Positions 18,615 to 29,353 are shown, counted from the first letter of the stretch. The stretch: 64,000 bases of DNA from Cyclobacteriaceae bacterium (GCA_965227155.1 OZ245731.1:2166624-2230623); one strand, 5' to 3'. The notes: generated from the sequence alone by a model not told the origin. Made by a program: numbers and translations.

Positions 18615-19691
18615 TTATTTGAATGAATTATTGATGACTATTCCACCAGTGTGATCATGCTGGCCACCTGTTACACTTCGCAGAATATTGGTTTTGTTAA
18701 ACCACCGAAGCACACCCAAAAAGGCAAATACTAAGGCTTCTTTAAATTGAACCAGGTCATCTTCAGGCCGATACCATAGCAGATTTTGGCTGTCTGATTG
18801 TTTGATCTGGTCTATGAGAAAATCATTGTATGCCCCACCTCCGGTCATTAATATTTTACTGCCAGCGGGTAAAAATTCATTTACAGCAGTGGCTACCTTA
18901 CCTGCTGCGTGCATGGTATAGGTATGCATTAAATCTTCAGTGCGGTATGTGGGTTCTAATAGCGGAATAATATCCGTGTATACCATTTCAAAACCGGTAC
19001 TTTTTGGCGGGGCGACTTGATAATAAGGGAGCTTTTCCAACTTTGCCAGCAGCTCAGGAATTAATTTACCTGATTTTGCTATTGCTCCTTTATCGTCATA
19101 AGAAAAGCCTAGTCTCTCGGCCAGGTGGTTGAGCACCATATTCACCGCGGTAATATCAAAGGCTTGTCTTTTCTCACCAGCATCAAATGATACATTGGCA
19201 ATACCGCCAAGGTTGAGGCAGGCGCCATAATCTCCAAAAAGCAGCTCATCGCCAATCGGTACCAGGGGAGCGCCCTGCCCCCCAAATTGCAGGTCCAATG
19301 ACCTGAAATCATTCACTACAGGAACTCTGACCACATTGTAGATGCTAAAGCCATTGCCGATTTGAAGTGTTAACCGGTTTTCCGGCTGGTGAAATACGGT
19401 ATGGCCATGAGAGGCTACCAGCATAGGTTTAAGCTGGTTTTTGTCGATAAATGCAGCAACTGACTTACCCATAAACTCACCCAGCTGAATATCCAGTAAA
19501 TGTAATTCTAGGCCTGAGAGTTCCGTAACTTTATGTAGTTGCGCTTCGAAGTGTGGAGGGTAGGCAATAGTCTCCGCCTTTAAAATTTGATATGCCCACT
19601 TACCATCATTATTTGTAAACTGGCAGGCTGCCATATCCAATCCGTCCAGTGAAGTGCCAGACATCATGCCAATAGCTTGAATTGTTTCCAT
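18615..19691 (-). CDS. anmK: anhydro-N-acetylmuramic acid kinase
   Basis: N-terminal GMMSGTSLDGLD motif; length and C-terminal GG...TGG pattern match AnmK. Confidence 0.93.
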   Translation of the reverse strand: METIQAIGMMSGTSLDGLDMAACQFTNNDGKWAYQILKAETIAYPPHFEAQLHKVTELSGLELHLLDIQLGEFMGKSVAAFIDKNQLKPMLVASHGHTVFHQPENRLTLQIGNGFSIYNVVRVPVVNDFRSLDLQFGGQGAPLVPIGDELLFGDYGACLNLGGIANVSFDAGEKRQAFDITAVNMVLNHLAERLGFSYDDKGAIAKSGKLIPELLAKLEKLPYYQVAPPKSTGFEMVYTDIIPLLEPTYRTEDLMHTYTMHAAGKVATAVNEFLPAGSKILMTGGGAYNDFLIDQIKQSDSQNLLWYRPEDDLVQFKEALVFAFLGVLRWFNKTNILRSVTGGQHDHTGGIVINNSFK

Positions 19692-19733
19692 AGGCGTAAT
19701 TAATGACTTTTGCAGGACAACTTACTAGAAATC

Positions 19734-20459
19734 ATGCATACCTGCGTTATAGATTGGGGTAATACGCTCATAAAGCTCGGACATTTTGATGCCGGTCAAT
19801 TGGTAAATTCCTGGTTCAGTCCGGATATTGAAGAAATCGAAGAAAAGCTATTTAAACTTCCGGCCAAGAGAGGGATGCTCTCTAGTGTAACCCAAGTGCC
19901 GGAAGCGTTTATAAAGAAAATGCAGCGGCATGGGATCAGCATTAAAACCTTAACACCCGAGGCAACCTTGCCCTTTAATAATCATTATGAAAGCAAGGCC
20001 ACCTTGGGTAAGGACCGCATTGCGGCTGTTGCTGGTGCTGTTTCTTTATATCCTGATGAAGCAAGCTTAGTGATCGACATGGGCACATGCATTACCTATG
20101 ATTATGTAGATGCCGAAAGAAATTATACAGGAGGCCTTATTTCGCCCGGTATAAAGATGCGGCTCAGGGCAATGCATGAGTTTACTGGTCGTTTACCTTT
20201 GGTTGATTACAGCACACCTACCGACGGTTTTGAAGGTAAAAATACCAGGCAGGGTATGGTTAATGGAGTGCTGCATGGCATATCAGCAGAGGTGAATGGT
20301 ATTATCAAGGCATACCGAGACAAAAAGGGGGATTTCAGGGTGTTGCTTTGCGGAGGCGATGCTAATCGCTTTGAATATAGTATAAAAGCACCCATCTTTG
20401 TAGCCCCCAAATTATTGCTATTTGGATTGAATGCGATTTTAGAGCTAAATGAGACGTAA
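19734..20459 (+). CDS. coaX: type III pantothenate kinase
   Basis: VIDWGNT (D-x-GNT) motif and DMGTCITYD. The ATG at 19734 is preferred over the track's TTG at 19710. Confidence 0.9.
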   Translation: MHTCVIDWGNTLIKLGHFDAGQLVNSWFSPDIEEIEEKLFKLPAKRGMLSSVTQVPEAFIKKMQRHGISIKTLTPEATLPFNNHYESKATLGKDRIAAVAGAVSLYPDEASLVIDMGTCITYDYVDAERNYTGGLISPGIKMRLRAMHEFTGRLPLVDYSTPTDGFEGKNTRQGMVNGVLHGISAEVNGIIKAYRDKKGDFRVLLCGGDANRFEYSIKAPIFVAPKLLLFGLNAILELNET

Positions 20460-21699
20460 TTTTATAGTATTTGGATTGGTGTTGGTGGCCACAATAGCTC
20501 AAGCACAATCAGTGTTATCTCCCTACACAATTAATGGTATCGGCGAAATTAGCCCTGTCAGCGTAGCACAAAATAGTGCTAAAGGCGATGCAGGGGTAAG
20601 TCTTGCTGATGTCTGGCACATCAATGTGCAAAATCCGGCGGCACTGGTTGCTAATACGCTTACTACTTTTCAGATGGGTGTAATCGGGGATTTCCGAACC
20701 ATAGCCAATGAAACATCTTCAGAGCGAAATCAAAGTGGCAGTTTGCGCTATTTGGCGATGAGCTTTCCGATTGTGCGGGGGAGTTATACAACCTCTATTG
20801 GTTTATTGCCTTACAGTTCGGTCAATTACAATATTGTACAGCAGCAGGTAGTAGGTGGTTCCTCTGCGGTAGCCACATTCAATTATGTGGGTGAGGGCGG
20901 TCTGAGCCAGGCCTATTGGGCCCATGGTATCAAAATTTTGCCCGGGCTGGCTTTTGGCGTAAAAGGCAGCTACATCTTCGGTGCAGTGGATAATGAAATT
21001 ATCACTTCGTTAAGCAATGAGAATACCTTCCGTACCGCGCTCATTGAGTCTACCTCCTATTCTGATTTTAATTTTTCTGCAGGATTGTATTTCCGCCACA
21101 AAGTGAAGGATGAAACCTTCCTCAACTTTGGATTAACTCATGACCTTTCTGCTAATTTGACTGGGGAACGGTTCGCAAGATTAGAAAGAAGAGACTTTGG
21201 TAGCCGTGTTACACCGGTGGATACAGTAATCAATGCACAACAATCTCAATTTTCTTTGCCTACCAGTTTTGCCGTTGGTTTGACCCTGGAAAAAACCAAC
21301 AAATATGCCATCAGTGCGGAGGCCAGCATTCAGCAATGGGATGAGAATTCTGGCTTTGAAAACGACAATACGAGCTTTACACAGGCAATTCGCCTGGCTT
21401 TGGGAGGTCAGCTTACACCCGACCCAGCGGATGTAAGCAGCTACCTGAAAAGGGTAACATACAGGGCTGGATTTTCTTATGAGTTGTCCCCATATTTGGT
21501 AAATGGTCAGGAGATCACAGATTTTGGTATTAATTTTGGTTGGTCTTTACCAGTGAGCAGGGCAAGCACCTTTGACATGGCATTCAAGATCGGCCAAAGG
21601 GGCACCCTGGAAAACGACTTGATACGAGAACGATATTTTAAATTTACAATTGGAGCCACGGTAAATGATCGATGGTTTGTCAGAAGAAAATATGATTAA
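20449..21699 (+). CDS. predicted outer-membrane beta-barrel protein
   Basis: Signal peptide MRRNFIVFGLVLVATIAQAQ, alternating amphipathic aromatic-rich segments and a basic/aromatic C-terminus. No specific family recognised. Confidence 0.6.
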   Translation: MRRNFIVFGLVLVATIAQAQSVLSPYTINGIGEISPVSVAQNSAKGDAGVSLADVWHINVQNPAALVANTLTTFQMGVIGDFRTIANETSSERNQSGSLRYLAMSFPIVRGSYTTSIGLLPYSSVNYNIVQQQVVGGSSAVATFNYVGEGGLSQAYWAHGIKILPGLAFGVKGSYIFGAVDNEIITSLSNENTFRTALIESTSYSDFNFSAGLYFRHKVKDETFLNFGLTHDLSANLTGERFARLERRDFGSRVTPVDTVINAQQSQFSLPTSFAVGLTLEKTNKYAISAEASIQQWDENSGFENDNTSFTQAIRLALGGQLTPDPADVSSYLKRVTYRAGFSYELSPYLVNGQEITDFGINFGWSLPVSRASTFDMAFKIGQRGTLENDLIRERYFKFTIGATVNDRWFVRRKYD

Positions 21700-21712
21700 A
21701 ATTGCCTAAACC

Positions 21713-23011
21713 ATGAAAAAGCAAATTATTTTAACCACAATATTGATTGCCATTGGCGGCCTTGCACTAGCACAGCCAGGTTGGAATTGGCCAGAAGACA
21801 AAGAGACAGCACAAGAGAAAAATGTGCTATACTCTGATTATGTGAAGATGGGTAATTATGAGGCGGCAGTAGAGCCCCATAAGTGGTTGCTGGAAAACGC
21901 ACCTGACCTAAATCCATCTATTTATATCAATGGAGCAAAGATTTATGAAAATCTTGCCGAAAATGAAACTGATAAGGCCAAGCAAACGGAATTAGAGGGT
22001 AAGGCTCTCGAAATGTATGATCTAAGGATCAAATATTTTAATGAAGAGGCCGAAGTACTCAACAGAAAAGCTTACAATGCCTATAAATACTACAAAGATA
22101 ATCGTGGCAAGTATGGTGAGTTGATGGAGCTTTTCGACAAAACATTTGAGCTTAATGGTGACCAGACTTTCGACAACAACCTTTTGGCATACATGGATGT
22201 CATCAGAAGGTTCAAGGCTGTAGGTGGCGAAGTTTCAGATGAGGAGGTTATTGACAAATACACCCAGATATCTGATATAATTGCAATCAAAGCAGAAGCC
22301 TCAGGCAAAGATGGCAGATATGATAAAATTCAGGACAACCTTGACAAATTACTCACAGCTACAGTTACCGTAGATTGTGATTTTGTAGAGACGACCTTAG
22401 GTCCAAAAATGAAGTCTACCGGTGATATTAAAATGGCTAAAAAAGTATTCCAGTTACTACTTACCGGTAAATGCTCTGACAGCCCATTATTCCCTGAGGC
22501 TGCGGCTATGGTACATGATGTGGAGCCATCATTTGGACTTGCTAAAGTTATTGCTGTAAAAGCTACTGCTGAAGGTGATTATGAAAAAGCTGAAAAATAT
22601 TACACTGAAGCTATCGAGCTTTCTGACGACAATGTAAAAAGAGCTGAGATTTACCTTAGCCTTGCTCAAATGAAGGCTGGTAATGATCAAAAAGTAGATG
22701 CACGTTCTTTCGCAAGAAAAGCGCTTGCAGAAGATCCATCTACAACTTCAGCATACACTTTAATTGGTGATTTATACATGAATAGCTTCCAGCAATGCAA
22801 GGGAGGAGAGAGTAAAGTAGAAGACAGAGCCTTGTTCATCGCTGCATACAACATGTACTCTAGAGCTGGAGATAGCCAGCGCATGGCAAATGCTAAGAGC
22901 CAATTCCCTTCCATGGAAGAGATGTTTAACGAAAACTACAACGAAGGTGATCAGATCACTGTTGGCTGCTGGATCAATGAAACAGTGTCTCTACAGAGAA
23001 GACCACAATAA
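21713..23011 (+). CDS. secreted tetratricopeptide-repeat protein
   Basis: Signal peptide (LTTILIAIGGLALAQ) followed by TPR-like helical repeats throughout. Confidence 0.7.
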   Translation: MKKQIILTTILIAIGGLALAQPGWNWPEDKETAQEKNVLYSDYVKMGNYEAAVEPHKWLLENAPDLNPSIYINGAKIYENLAENETDKAKQTELEGKALEMYDLRIKYFNEEAEVLNRKAYNAYKYYKDNRGKYGELMELFDKTFELNGDQTFDNNLLAYMDVIRRFKAVGGEVSDEEVIDKYTQISDIIAIKAEASGKDGRYDKIQDNLDKLLTATVTVDCDFVETTLGPKMKSTGDIKMAKKVFQLLLTGKCSDSPLFPEAAAMVHDVEPSFGLAKVIAVKATAEGDYEKAEKYYTEAIELSDDNVKRAEIYLSLAQMKAGNDQKVDARSFARKALAEDPSTTSAYTLIGDLYMNSFQQCKGGESKVEDRALFIAAYNMYSRAGDSQRMANAKSQFPSMEEMFNENYNEGDQITVGCWINETVSLQRRPQ

Positions 23012-23035
23012 GCTATTTAACTTATAATTTAGATT

Positions 23036-23063
23036 GGCCATTGTACTGCAATGGCCTTTTTTT
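23036..23063 (+). terminator. rho-independent terminator abutting the lptC start codon
   Basis: Stem GGCCATTG / CAATGGCC with a 5-nt loop and a 7-T run (23057-23063) that runs directly into ATG 23064. Confidence 0.7.
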
Positions 23064-23615
23064 ATGGGGCTGAAAATCAATTATTTATATTTCCTTTTAA
23101 CGCTAAGTGCACTTATTTGGGCCTGTGATGATGACGCTAAAAAGGTGATCAATAAGGAGCAGTACGAGGGGCCCCATATAGAAATGCGTGATGTGGAGAC
23201 CTTGTTTTCAGACTCTACTATCATAAGGCTTATGATACAAGCACCGCTTCAGCAGATCTTCGAAAGTGGTGATGAGAATTACCCTGAAGGGATGTATCTG
23301 GAAATTTACGATGAGCAACAGCAACTTGTAGCCACTTATAGATCGAATACAGCCAAAAAGGTCGCCAAGGAAGAGTATTACATCGGTGAAGGTAATGTGG
23401 TCGTTAAAAACCTTGAAACAGGAGATGAACTGACAACCGAACAGCTATACTGGTATCAGGATGAGGCTGTCTTCAGAACTGATAAATTTGTGACCATAAA
23501 AAGTGACGGTGAACTACACACAGGGCAGGGATTGGAGGCCAGCCAGGATTTTTCCTATTACAAAATCCTGAAGCCAACGGGCACAATTTCTATTGATGAT
23601 CCTGAACAATACTAA
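23064..23615 (+). CDS. lptC: LPS export periplasmic protein LptC-like lipoprotein
   Basis: Lipoprotein-like N-terminus (LLTLSALIWAC) and an OstA/LptC-like beta-jellyroll pattern (...TTEQLYWYQDEAVFRTDKFVTIKSDGELHTGQGLEASQDFSYYKI). The start was moved from TTG 23034 because that extension is encoded by the terminator. Confidence 0.7.
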   Translation: MGLKINYLYFLLTLSALIWACDDDAKKVINKEQYEGPHIEMRDVETLFSDSTIIRLMIQAPLQQIFESGDENYPEGMYLEIYDEQQQLVATYRSNTAKKVAKEEYYIGEGNVVVKNLETGDELTTEQLYWYQDEAVFRTDKFVTIKSDGELHTGQGLEASQDFSYYKILKPTGTISIDDPEQY

Positions 23616-23618
23616 ATT

Positions 23619-23801
23619 ATGTCATTATTAAATACGATCATCTTAACTTTGAGCGTGGTGTTATTGGTCATTGGCATCCATCAAACCATGTTATATGGAC
23701 TATCAGCTTCTTATTGGATTTTTATGTTTTGCGTAGGTCTACTACTTTTATATAAGTATAGAAAAGCAAATGATAATGGATCAGGAAACTCCAATGCATA
23801 A
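23619..23801 (+). CDS. small two-TM membrane protein, unknown function
   Basis: 60 aa with two hydrophobic helices, tightly packed between lptC and the GldE-like gene. Confidence 0.5.
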   Translation: MSLLNTIILTLSVVLLVIGIHQTMLYGLSASYWIFMFCVGLLLLYKYRKANDNGSGNSNA

Positions 23802-23828
23802 TTACCTTCTACCAAAGTCATCCCCTTC

Positions 23829-25112
23829 ATGATTCCTGACGATATTATTTTTATACTGATAAGTCTGTTTTTCTCTGCCCTTTTTTCCGGTTTGGAAATT
23901 GCCTTCATCACCTCAGATAAACTGCATTTCGAATTGAAAAGCAAGCAGGGCAATTTCGCGGGTAAAATTCTTTCGAAATTCAATGCACAGTCATCACATT
24001 TTATTGCTACCATGCTGGTGGGCAATAATCTGGCTCTAGCTTTATATGGCATTTACATGGCCAAAGTGCTGGAGCCGGCCATCAGCAATGCCTTGCCAGA
24101 GATTTTACAGACGGACATATTAGTACTTACAGTACAGACCATCATCTCAACCATTATTGTGTTGATCACAGCAGAATTTACGCCCAAGAGCCTCTTTTTG
24201 ATTAATCCGGATTATCTACTAGAGCTGTTTTCGATACCCCTCTCTATCATTTATTACATTTTTTATCCTGCTGTTTCAGTAATTGTACTTGCTTCACGAT
24301 TTTTCATCACCAAAATACTTCGGCAGGAGTATTCTGAAGATAGGCCAGTATATGGCCTGGTTGATCTAAATATTTACATTAAAAAGACACTGGCTGCCGG
24401 TAATGAGAGCCAGGCTCCTGAAGTTGATGCCAGGATTTTCAATAATGCGCTAGAATTCAAAACAATCAGGGTGCGTGAGTGTATGATACCCCGTACTGAA
24501 ATTATAGCAGTAGACATAGAAGATGGTATGGATGAGCTTCGCGAAGCATTCGTAAAAAGCGGGCATTCCAAAATACTTATTTACAAGGAAACTATAGATG
24601 ATGTAAAAGGCTATTGCCATTCGCTGGAGCTGTTCAAAAAGCCCAAAGATGTAAAAAGTATTCTCACACCTATCATCATAGTGCCGGAAACCATGCTGGC
24701 CAATGAGCTATTGATTCAGTTCATTACTGAGCGGCGCAGCCTTGCCCTGGTAGTAGATGAGTATGGAGGTACTTCAGGCATAGTAAGTATCGAGGATATC
24801 ATCGAAGAGATATTTGGGGAGATACAGGACGAGCATGACGATGAAGACCTTACGGAAGTACAAATTGACGCTTTTAATTTTGAGTTTAGTGCCCGGTTAG
24901 AGATAGATTATCTAAATGAGCATTACAGCCTTTCCTTACCGGAAGGTGAATATGATACACTTGGCGGACTTATACTTTCTGTCAATGAAAACATTCCAAA
25001 TATCAATGAGACCATTATCCATGCACCTTTTACATTCACGGTGCTTTCTATGGAAGATAACCGCATTGATAAAGTGAAACTTACAATCAATCACGAGTTG
25101 AATCAGGAGTAG
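23829..25112 (+). CDS. DUF21-CBS-CorC/HlyC hemolysin-family protein (GldE-like)
   Basis: N-terminal 4-TM DUF21, a CBS pair (ECMIPRTEIIAV...) and a C-terminal CorC_HlyC region. This is the same architecture as Flavobacterium GldE. Confidence 0.85.
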   Translation: MIPDDIIFILISLFFSALFSGLEIAFITSDKLHFELKSKQGNFAGKILSKFNAQSSHFIATMLVGNNLALALYGIYMAKVLEPAISNALPEILQTDILVLTVQTIISTIIVLITAEFTPKSLFLINPDYLLELFSIPLSIIYYIFYPAVSVIVLASRFFITKILRQEYSEDRPVYGLVDLNIYIKKTLAAGNESQAPEVDARIFNNALEFKTIRVRECMIPRTEIIAVDIEDGMDELREAFVKSGHSKILIYKETIDDVKGYCHSLELFKKPKDVKSILTPIIIVPETMLANELLIQFITERRSLALVVDEYGGTSGIVSIEDIIEEIFGEIQDEHDDEDLTEVQIDAFNFEFSARLEIDYLNEHYSLSLPEGEYDTLGGLILSVNENIPNINETIIHAPFTFTVLSMEDNRIDKVKLTINHELNQE

Positions 25113-25145
25113 GCTGTGTCTTTTGGGAATTACTACCTGAAGTCT

Positions 25146-25153
25146 TATTTTTG
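25146..25153 (+). promoter_or_regulatory. -7 promoter box TAttTTTG
   Basis: TAnnTTTG match 24 nt upstream of ATG 25178. It overlaps the track's TTG start at 25151. Confidence 0.35.
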
Positions 25154-25177
25154 CGCCTCTTTAAACGAAAAATTACG

Positions 25178-27292
25178 ATGGCATTAATCAATACGCTGAG
25201 AGAAAAAATGGGCAAAGTGGTTGTGGGGGTAATTGCCTTTTCAATCGCGGCATTTGTTTTAACAGATCTTTTTGGGCCCAACTCTATGATCCTGGGTGGT
25301 GTGGACAATACCGTAGGGGTGATTTCCGGTGAGGAGGTCACATTCCAGGAATTTCAGGCAAAGCTCGATGAATTATCTTATCAATATTCTCTTAACACTG
25401 GCAGAAACCCTAATGCCTCTGAACTTGACAATTTAAGACAACAGGCCTGGCAGGCTTTGATCAATGACATTGCTTTCCAAAAGCAGTACAATGAGTTAGG
25501 ACTTGCCGTTACCGACGATGAGGTTGTGGATATGGTGCAGGGCAATAACATAGCACCAGAAATCAGACAATCATTTACTGATCCTCAAACTGGTCAATTT
25601 AATAGAGATCAGGTGGTATCCTTTCTGCAAAACCTTGCTAACCAGCCACCACAGCAGCAAGCTGCATGGTATGCTTTTGAAAGCAACCTGGGGCCTGCAC
25701 GCCTAAGAACAAAATACGAAAACCTGATTATTCTTACGAATAATGCTACAAAACTAGAAGGACAGTATGAATACCGTAACTCAGGAGCTAATGCTCAACT
25801 GAGCTACCTTTATGTGCCTTTCCTTACAGTTTCAGATTCCTCAATCAGCTTTACAGAGGAAGAACTGGAAGCCTATCTTGATGACAATGCAGAGCGCTAT
25901 GAAAGAGAGGCAAGCAGAAGCTTCAATTATGTGATATTCCCATTAACACCTTCTGCTGAAGATTCTGCCGCTATTGAGCAGGATTTGGAGCGTATTAAGA
26001 GCAGTCTTGCTGATGAGGCTATCAACGATTCTACATTTGCAAGAGCCAATTCTGATGGCTACAATGCTTATCGTAATTTCAACAGAGGCAATCTTCCCGC
26101 CGCACTTATTAATGATGAAGGCGATGTGGTCGAAGAGGGTACCATCATAGGCCCTGAGATCAATGGCGAGCGCTATGTTATCTACAAGCTTTCTAAAGTT
26201 GATGAAAATGGCACACCTTCGGCAAAGGCATCCCACATATTAATCAACTGGACAGATGATTCTGATGCAGCAAAGGCAGAAGCCAAAGCAGAGGCTCAAC
26301 GAATAATCAATGAAATAAGAGGTGGTGCTGATTTTGCTGAAATGGCAAGATTATATGGTACTGATGGCACAGCTTCACGTGGTGGCGATTTGGGTTGGTT
26401 CAACGAGGGCCAAATGGTGGATGAATTTGAAGCTGCTGTTTTCGATGCTTCGCGCACTGGCTTGATCAACGAGCCTGTTGAAACACAGTTTGGCTATCAT
26501 ATTATCGATGTGACAGAAACTAAAACCAGCACTCAGTACGGTGTTGTGCAAATTGAAAAAGACATTATTGCCAGCGATGAAACCAGAGACAATGCCTATC
26601 GTCAGGCTGATATGTTCAGCGCTACTACTGAAGACTTGTCTGATTTTTCAGCCAATGCTGATGAGGCAAGCGTAGAAGTAAGATCAGCCAATAACGTAGG
26701 TCAAAATGCAGGTAGAATCTCCGGACTTTCCTCTGCCAGAGGTATTGTAATGTGGGCTTTTAGAGATGCCGAGGTAGGTGATATATCCGAGGTTTTCGAA
26801 TTGGAAGAGGGCTATGTGATAGCGGCACTTACGGGTGCTAAGGAAAAAGGCACCGCTCGCCTTGAAGATGTGAGAAATCAGATCGAGAACAAGGTAAAGA
26901 ATGAAAAGAAAGCTGAGATCATCATGGCTCAGCTAGATGTAAATAGCGGCACCTTAGATGACATAGCAGCCAGCTATGGTGAGGATGCCTCAGTATATTC
27001 TATGACAGACCTTAAATTGAGTGCCAACTCTCTTACAGGTGTGGGTTATGCACCAAAAGCAGTAGGTATCGCCTTCTCGCTGGAAAATGGTGAAAAAACA
27101 GCACCTTTTTCAATTGACAATGGTGTGTTGGTCATCGAGATGGAAAACAAAACTGAGGCTGGTGGTGCTGATGATTATTCACCGTTTGCTGACCAGTTAG
27201 CGCTACGAAGACAAACCCGTGCGGCATTAGGTATTGACAGAGCGATAAAGGAATTTGCGGATATCAAGGATTACCGCTATAAATTTTTCTAA
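25178..27292 (+). CDS. PpiD-like periplasmic chaperone / parvulin-type peptidyl-prolyl isomerase
   Basis: N-terminal membrane anchor, a SurA-like domain and the parvulin motif ASHILI...GGDLGWFNEGQMVDEFE...FGYHIIDV. Confidence 0.88.
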   Translation: MALINTLREKMGKVVVGVIAFSIAAFVLTDLFGPNSMILGGVDNTVGVISGEEVTFQEFQAKLDELSYQYSLNTGRNPNASELDNLRQQAWQALINDIAFQKQYNELGLAVTDDEVVDMVQGNNIAPEIRQSFTDPQTGQFNRDQVVSFLQNLANQPPQQQAAWYAFESNLGPARLRTKYENLIILTNNATKLEGQYEYRNSGANAQLSYLYVPFLTVSDSSISFTEEELEAYLDDNAERYEREASRSFNYVIFPLTPSAEDSAAIEQDLERIKSSLADEAINDSTFARANSDGYNAYRNFNRGNLPAALINDEGDVVEEGTIIGPEINGERYVIYKLSKVDENGTPSAKASHILINWTDDSDAAKAEAKAEAQRIINEIRGGADFAEMARLYGTDGTASRGGDLGWFNEGQMVDEFEAAVFDASRTGLINEPVETQFGYHIIDVTETKTSTQYGVVQIEKDIIASDETRDNAYRQADMFSATTEDLSDFSANADEASVEVRSANNVGQNAGRISGLSSARGIVMWAFRDAEVGDISEVFELEEGYVIAALTGAKEKGTARLEDVRNQIENKVKNEKKAEIIMAQLDVNSGTLDDIAASYGEDASVYSMTDLKLSANSLTGVGYAPKAVGIAFSLENGEKTAPFSIDNGVLVIEMENKTEAGGADDYSPFADQLALRRQTRAALGIDRAIKEFADIKDYRYKFF

Positions 27293-27315
27293 TTAATAGT
27301 AAACAAATTAGCGTA

Positions 27316-27347
27316 AGGAGTCTGTTGTACAATAGACTCCTTTTTTT
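27316..27347 (+). terminator. rho-independent terminator
   Basis: Stem AGGAGTCT / AGACTCCT with a 10-nt loop, followed by a 7-T run. Confidence 0.8.
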
Positions 27348-27357
27348 ATTTTAAGGT

Positions 27358-27618
27358 ATGAGTTGGAGAAAACAAGAGTTTAAAGAAAAGCTTGACCAGC
27401 AACACACCTTCCCGGGTAGCTATAAATTCAAGTTTATAGTACCTGTTGATAAGGAAGCCGAGGTGAGAGCCCTTTTTGATGCCAAAGACATTGCAGTCAA
27501 GCATTCAAAGAATAACAATTACAGCAGTATTACCGTGCAAATGCATATGGCCTCAAGTGATCAGGTGATTAGTGTATATGAAGAGGCTTATAAAATAGAA
27601 GGTATTATTTCATTGTAA
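27358..27618 (+). CDS. DUF493 (YbeD-like) protein
   Basis: 86 aa; FPGSYKFKFIVP is the hallmark of the family. Confidence 0.8.
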   Translation: MSWRKQEFKEKLDQQHTFPGSYKFKFIVPVDKEAEVRALFDAKDIAVKHSKNNNYSSITVQMHMASSDQVISVYEEAYKIEGIISL

Positions 27619-27633
27619 AAAAAGCAGATAATT

Positions 27634-27867
27634 ATGTGGAAGGAAGAAGACAATAAGCTGAAAAGAACTATCAAATTCAAAGATTTTGTAGAAGCCTTTG
27701 GCTTTATGAGTCAGGTGGCAATCATTGCTGAAAAAATGGAGCACCATCCCAACTGGAGCAATGTGTACAATACGGTGACTATTGAGCTTACAACACATGA
27801 TGCTGGCAATGTGGTTACGGATAAAGATCGAGCCCTGGCTGATGCTATAGATAAGTTGCTCGCATGA
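27634..27867 (+). CDS. 4a-hydroxytetrahydrobiopterin dehydratase
   Basis: 77 aa; the [25 protein letters not shown] motif is characteristic of PCD/DCoH. Confidence 0.92.
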   Translation: MWKEEDNKLKRTIKFKDFVEAFGFMSQVAIIAEKMEHHPNWSNVYNTVTIELTTHDAGNVVTDKDRALADAIDKLLA

Positions 27868-28541
27868 ATGAGGTAGGACTCTACCTGGTACCTACACCGA
27901 TAGGTAATCTTGAGGATATAACCCTCCGGGCATTATCTACCTTAAAGTCAGTCGATTTAATTCTAACGGAGGATACTCGTACCACGGGCAAACTGCTCAA
28001 GCATTATGACATCAATAAGCCACTAAAAAGTTTTCATGCTTTCAATGAGCATGCTTTGGTGGATAGAATTGCCAACTCCATTGAAGAAGGTAAAACGGTG
28101 GCCCTCGTGAGTGATGCAGGCACGCCGGGTATTTCTGACCCTGGTTTTCTGCTGGTGAGGGCCTGCGTAGAGCGGGGCATAAAGCTGGAATGCCTTCCCG
28201 GTGCAACAGCGTTAATCCCTGCCCTGGTAAAATCAGGGTTTCCTACGGACAGGTTTGTCTTCGAAGGGTTTCTACCCCATAAAAAAGGCAGGATGAAACG
28301 GCTGGAAGCACTAAAAGAGGAGCCCAGAACAATAGTTTTCTACGAATCGCCACATCGCCTAGTAAAACTACTTGGGCAAATTGAAGAGCTTTTCGGGCCT
28401 GACCGCAAAATTTCCGTATCGCGAGAATTGACCAAAATTTATGAAGAAACAATTACCGATACTGTAAGCAATTTACTTGTTCATTATAATTCACATAATC
28501 CGAAAGGAGAATTTGTAGTAATATTGGAAGGCAGGCAATAA
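27864..28541 (+). CDS. rsmI: 16S rRNA (cytidine1402-2'-O)-methyltransferase
   Basis: N-terminal [19 protein letters not shown] and the [11 protein letters not shown] motif. It overlaps the upstream gene by 4 nt. Confidence 0.93.
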   Translation: MNEVGLYLVPTPIGNLEDITLRALSTLKSVDLILTEDTRTTGKLLKHYDINKPLKSFHAFNEHALVDRIANSIEEGKTVALVSDAGTPGISDPGFLLVRACVERGIKLECLPGATALIPALVKSGFPTDRFVFEGFLPHKKGRMKRLEALKEEPRTIVFYESPHRLVKLLGQIEELFGPDRKISVSRELTKIYEETITDTVSNLLVHYNSHNPKGEFVVILEGRQ

Positions 28542-28561
28542 CCCAAAATCAACAGAGTCAT

Positions 28562-29353
28562 ATGAGTATCAACTTGAATCAAGTGCTAGAAGATGTGAAA
28601 GCTGCAGCTTTGGAGGCAGGAGCATTTATTAGACAGGAGGCCAGCGGTTTTGATATGGACAAAGTTGAGCTCAAAGGTAAAAACGACCTTGTCTCATACG
28701 TGGATAAAGAGACAGAGAAAAAGTTGGTTAAATCTCTGAAGCAGATCGTACCCCAGGCCGGGTTCATAACAGAAGAGGGCACTACCGCACAGGAAAAGGC
28801 ACATTACCGCTGGGTGGTAGATCCGCTGGATGGCACTACTAACTTCATTCACGGACTACCGGTTTTTAGTGTGAGTATAGGACTGATGCAAGATGATGAG
28901 GTGGTGCTTGGGTTAGTCTACGAAGTGAACCGTGATGAATGCTTCTACGCTACCAGTGGCGGAGGGGCTTTTTGCAACGGCAAGGCTATACATGTAACTC
29001 CTGCTGAAAGCATAGACGAAGCTTTATTGGCAACCGGATTTCCTTACCATAATTTTGAAAAGCTTGACCAGTATCTGGCCATCTTGAATCAGTTGATGAA
29101 ACATTGCCACGGGTTGCGGCGCATGGGTAGTGCAGCTGTGGATTTAGCTTATGTAGCCTGTGGTAGATATGAAGGCTATTTTGAGTACAATCTCAATCCA
29201 TGGGATGTCGCAGCAGGCACCCTGATCGTAGAAGAAGCAGGTGGTAAAGTTACCGACTTTAAAGGCGGTCGTGATTTTGTTTTTGGAAGAGAATTAGTTG
29301 CTGCCAATGCTATTCAGCCTCAAATGCTGGACATCATAAAGCGGTATTGGTAA
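28562..29353 (+). CDS. inositol monophosphatase-family protein
   Basis: WVVDPLDGTTNF and WDVAAG motifs. Confidence 0.9.
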   Translation: MSINLNQVLEDVKAAALEAGAFIRQEASGFDMDKVELKGKNDLVSYVDKETEKKLVKSLKQIVPQAGFITEEGTTAQEKAHYRWVVDPLDGTTNFIHGLPVFSVSIGLMQDDEVVLGLVYEVNRDECFYATSGGGAFCNGKAIHVTPAESIDEALLATGFPYHNFEKLDQYLAILNQLMKHCHGLRRMGSAAVDLAYVACGRYEGYFEYNLNPWDVAAGTLIVEEAGGKVTDFKGGRDFVFGRELVAANAIQPQMLDIIKRYW

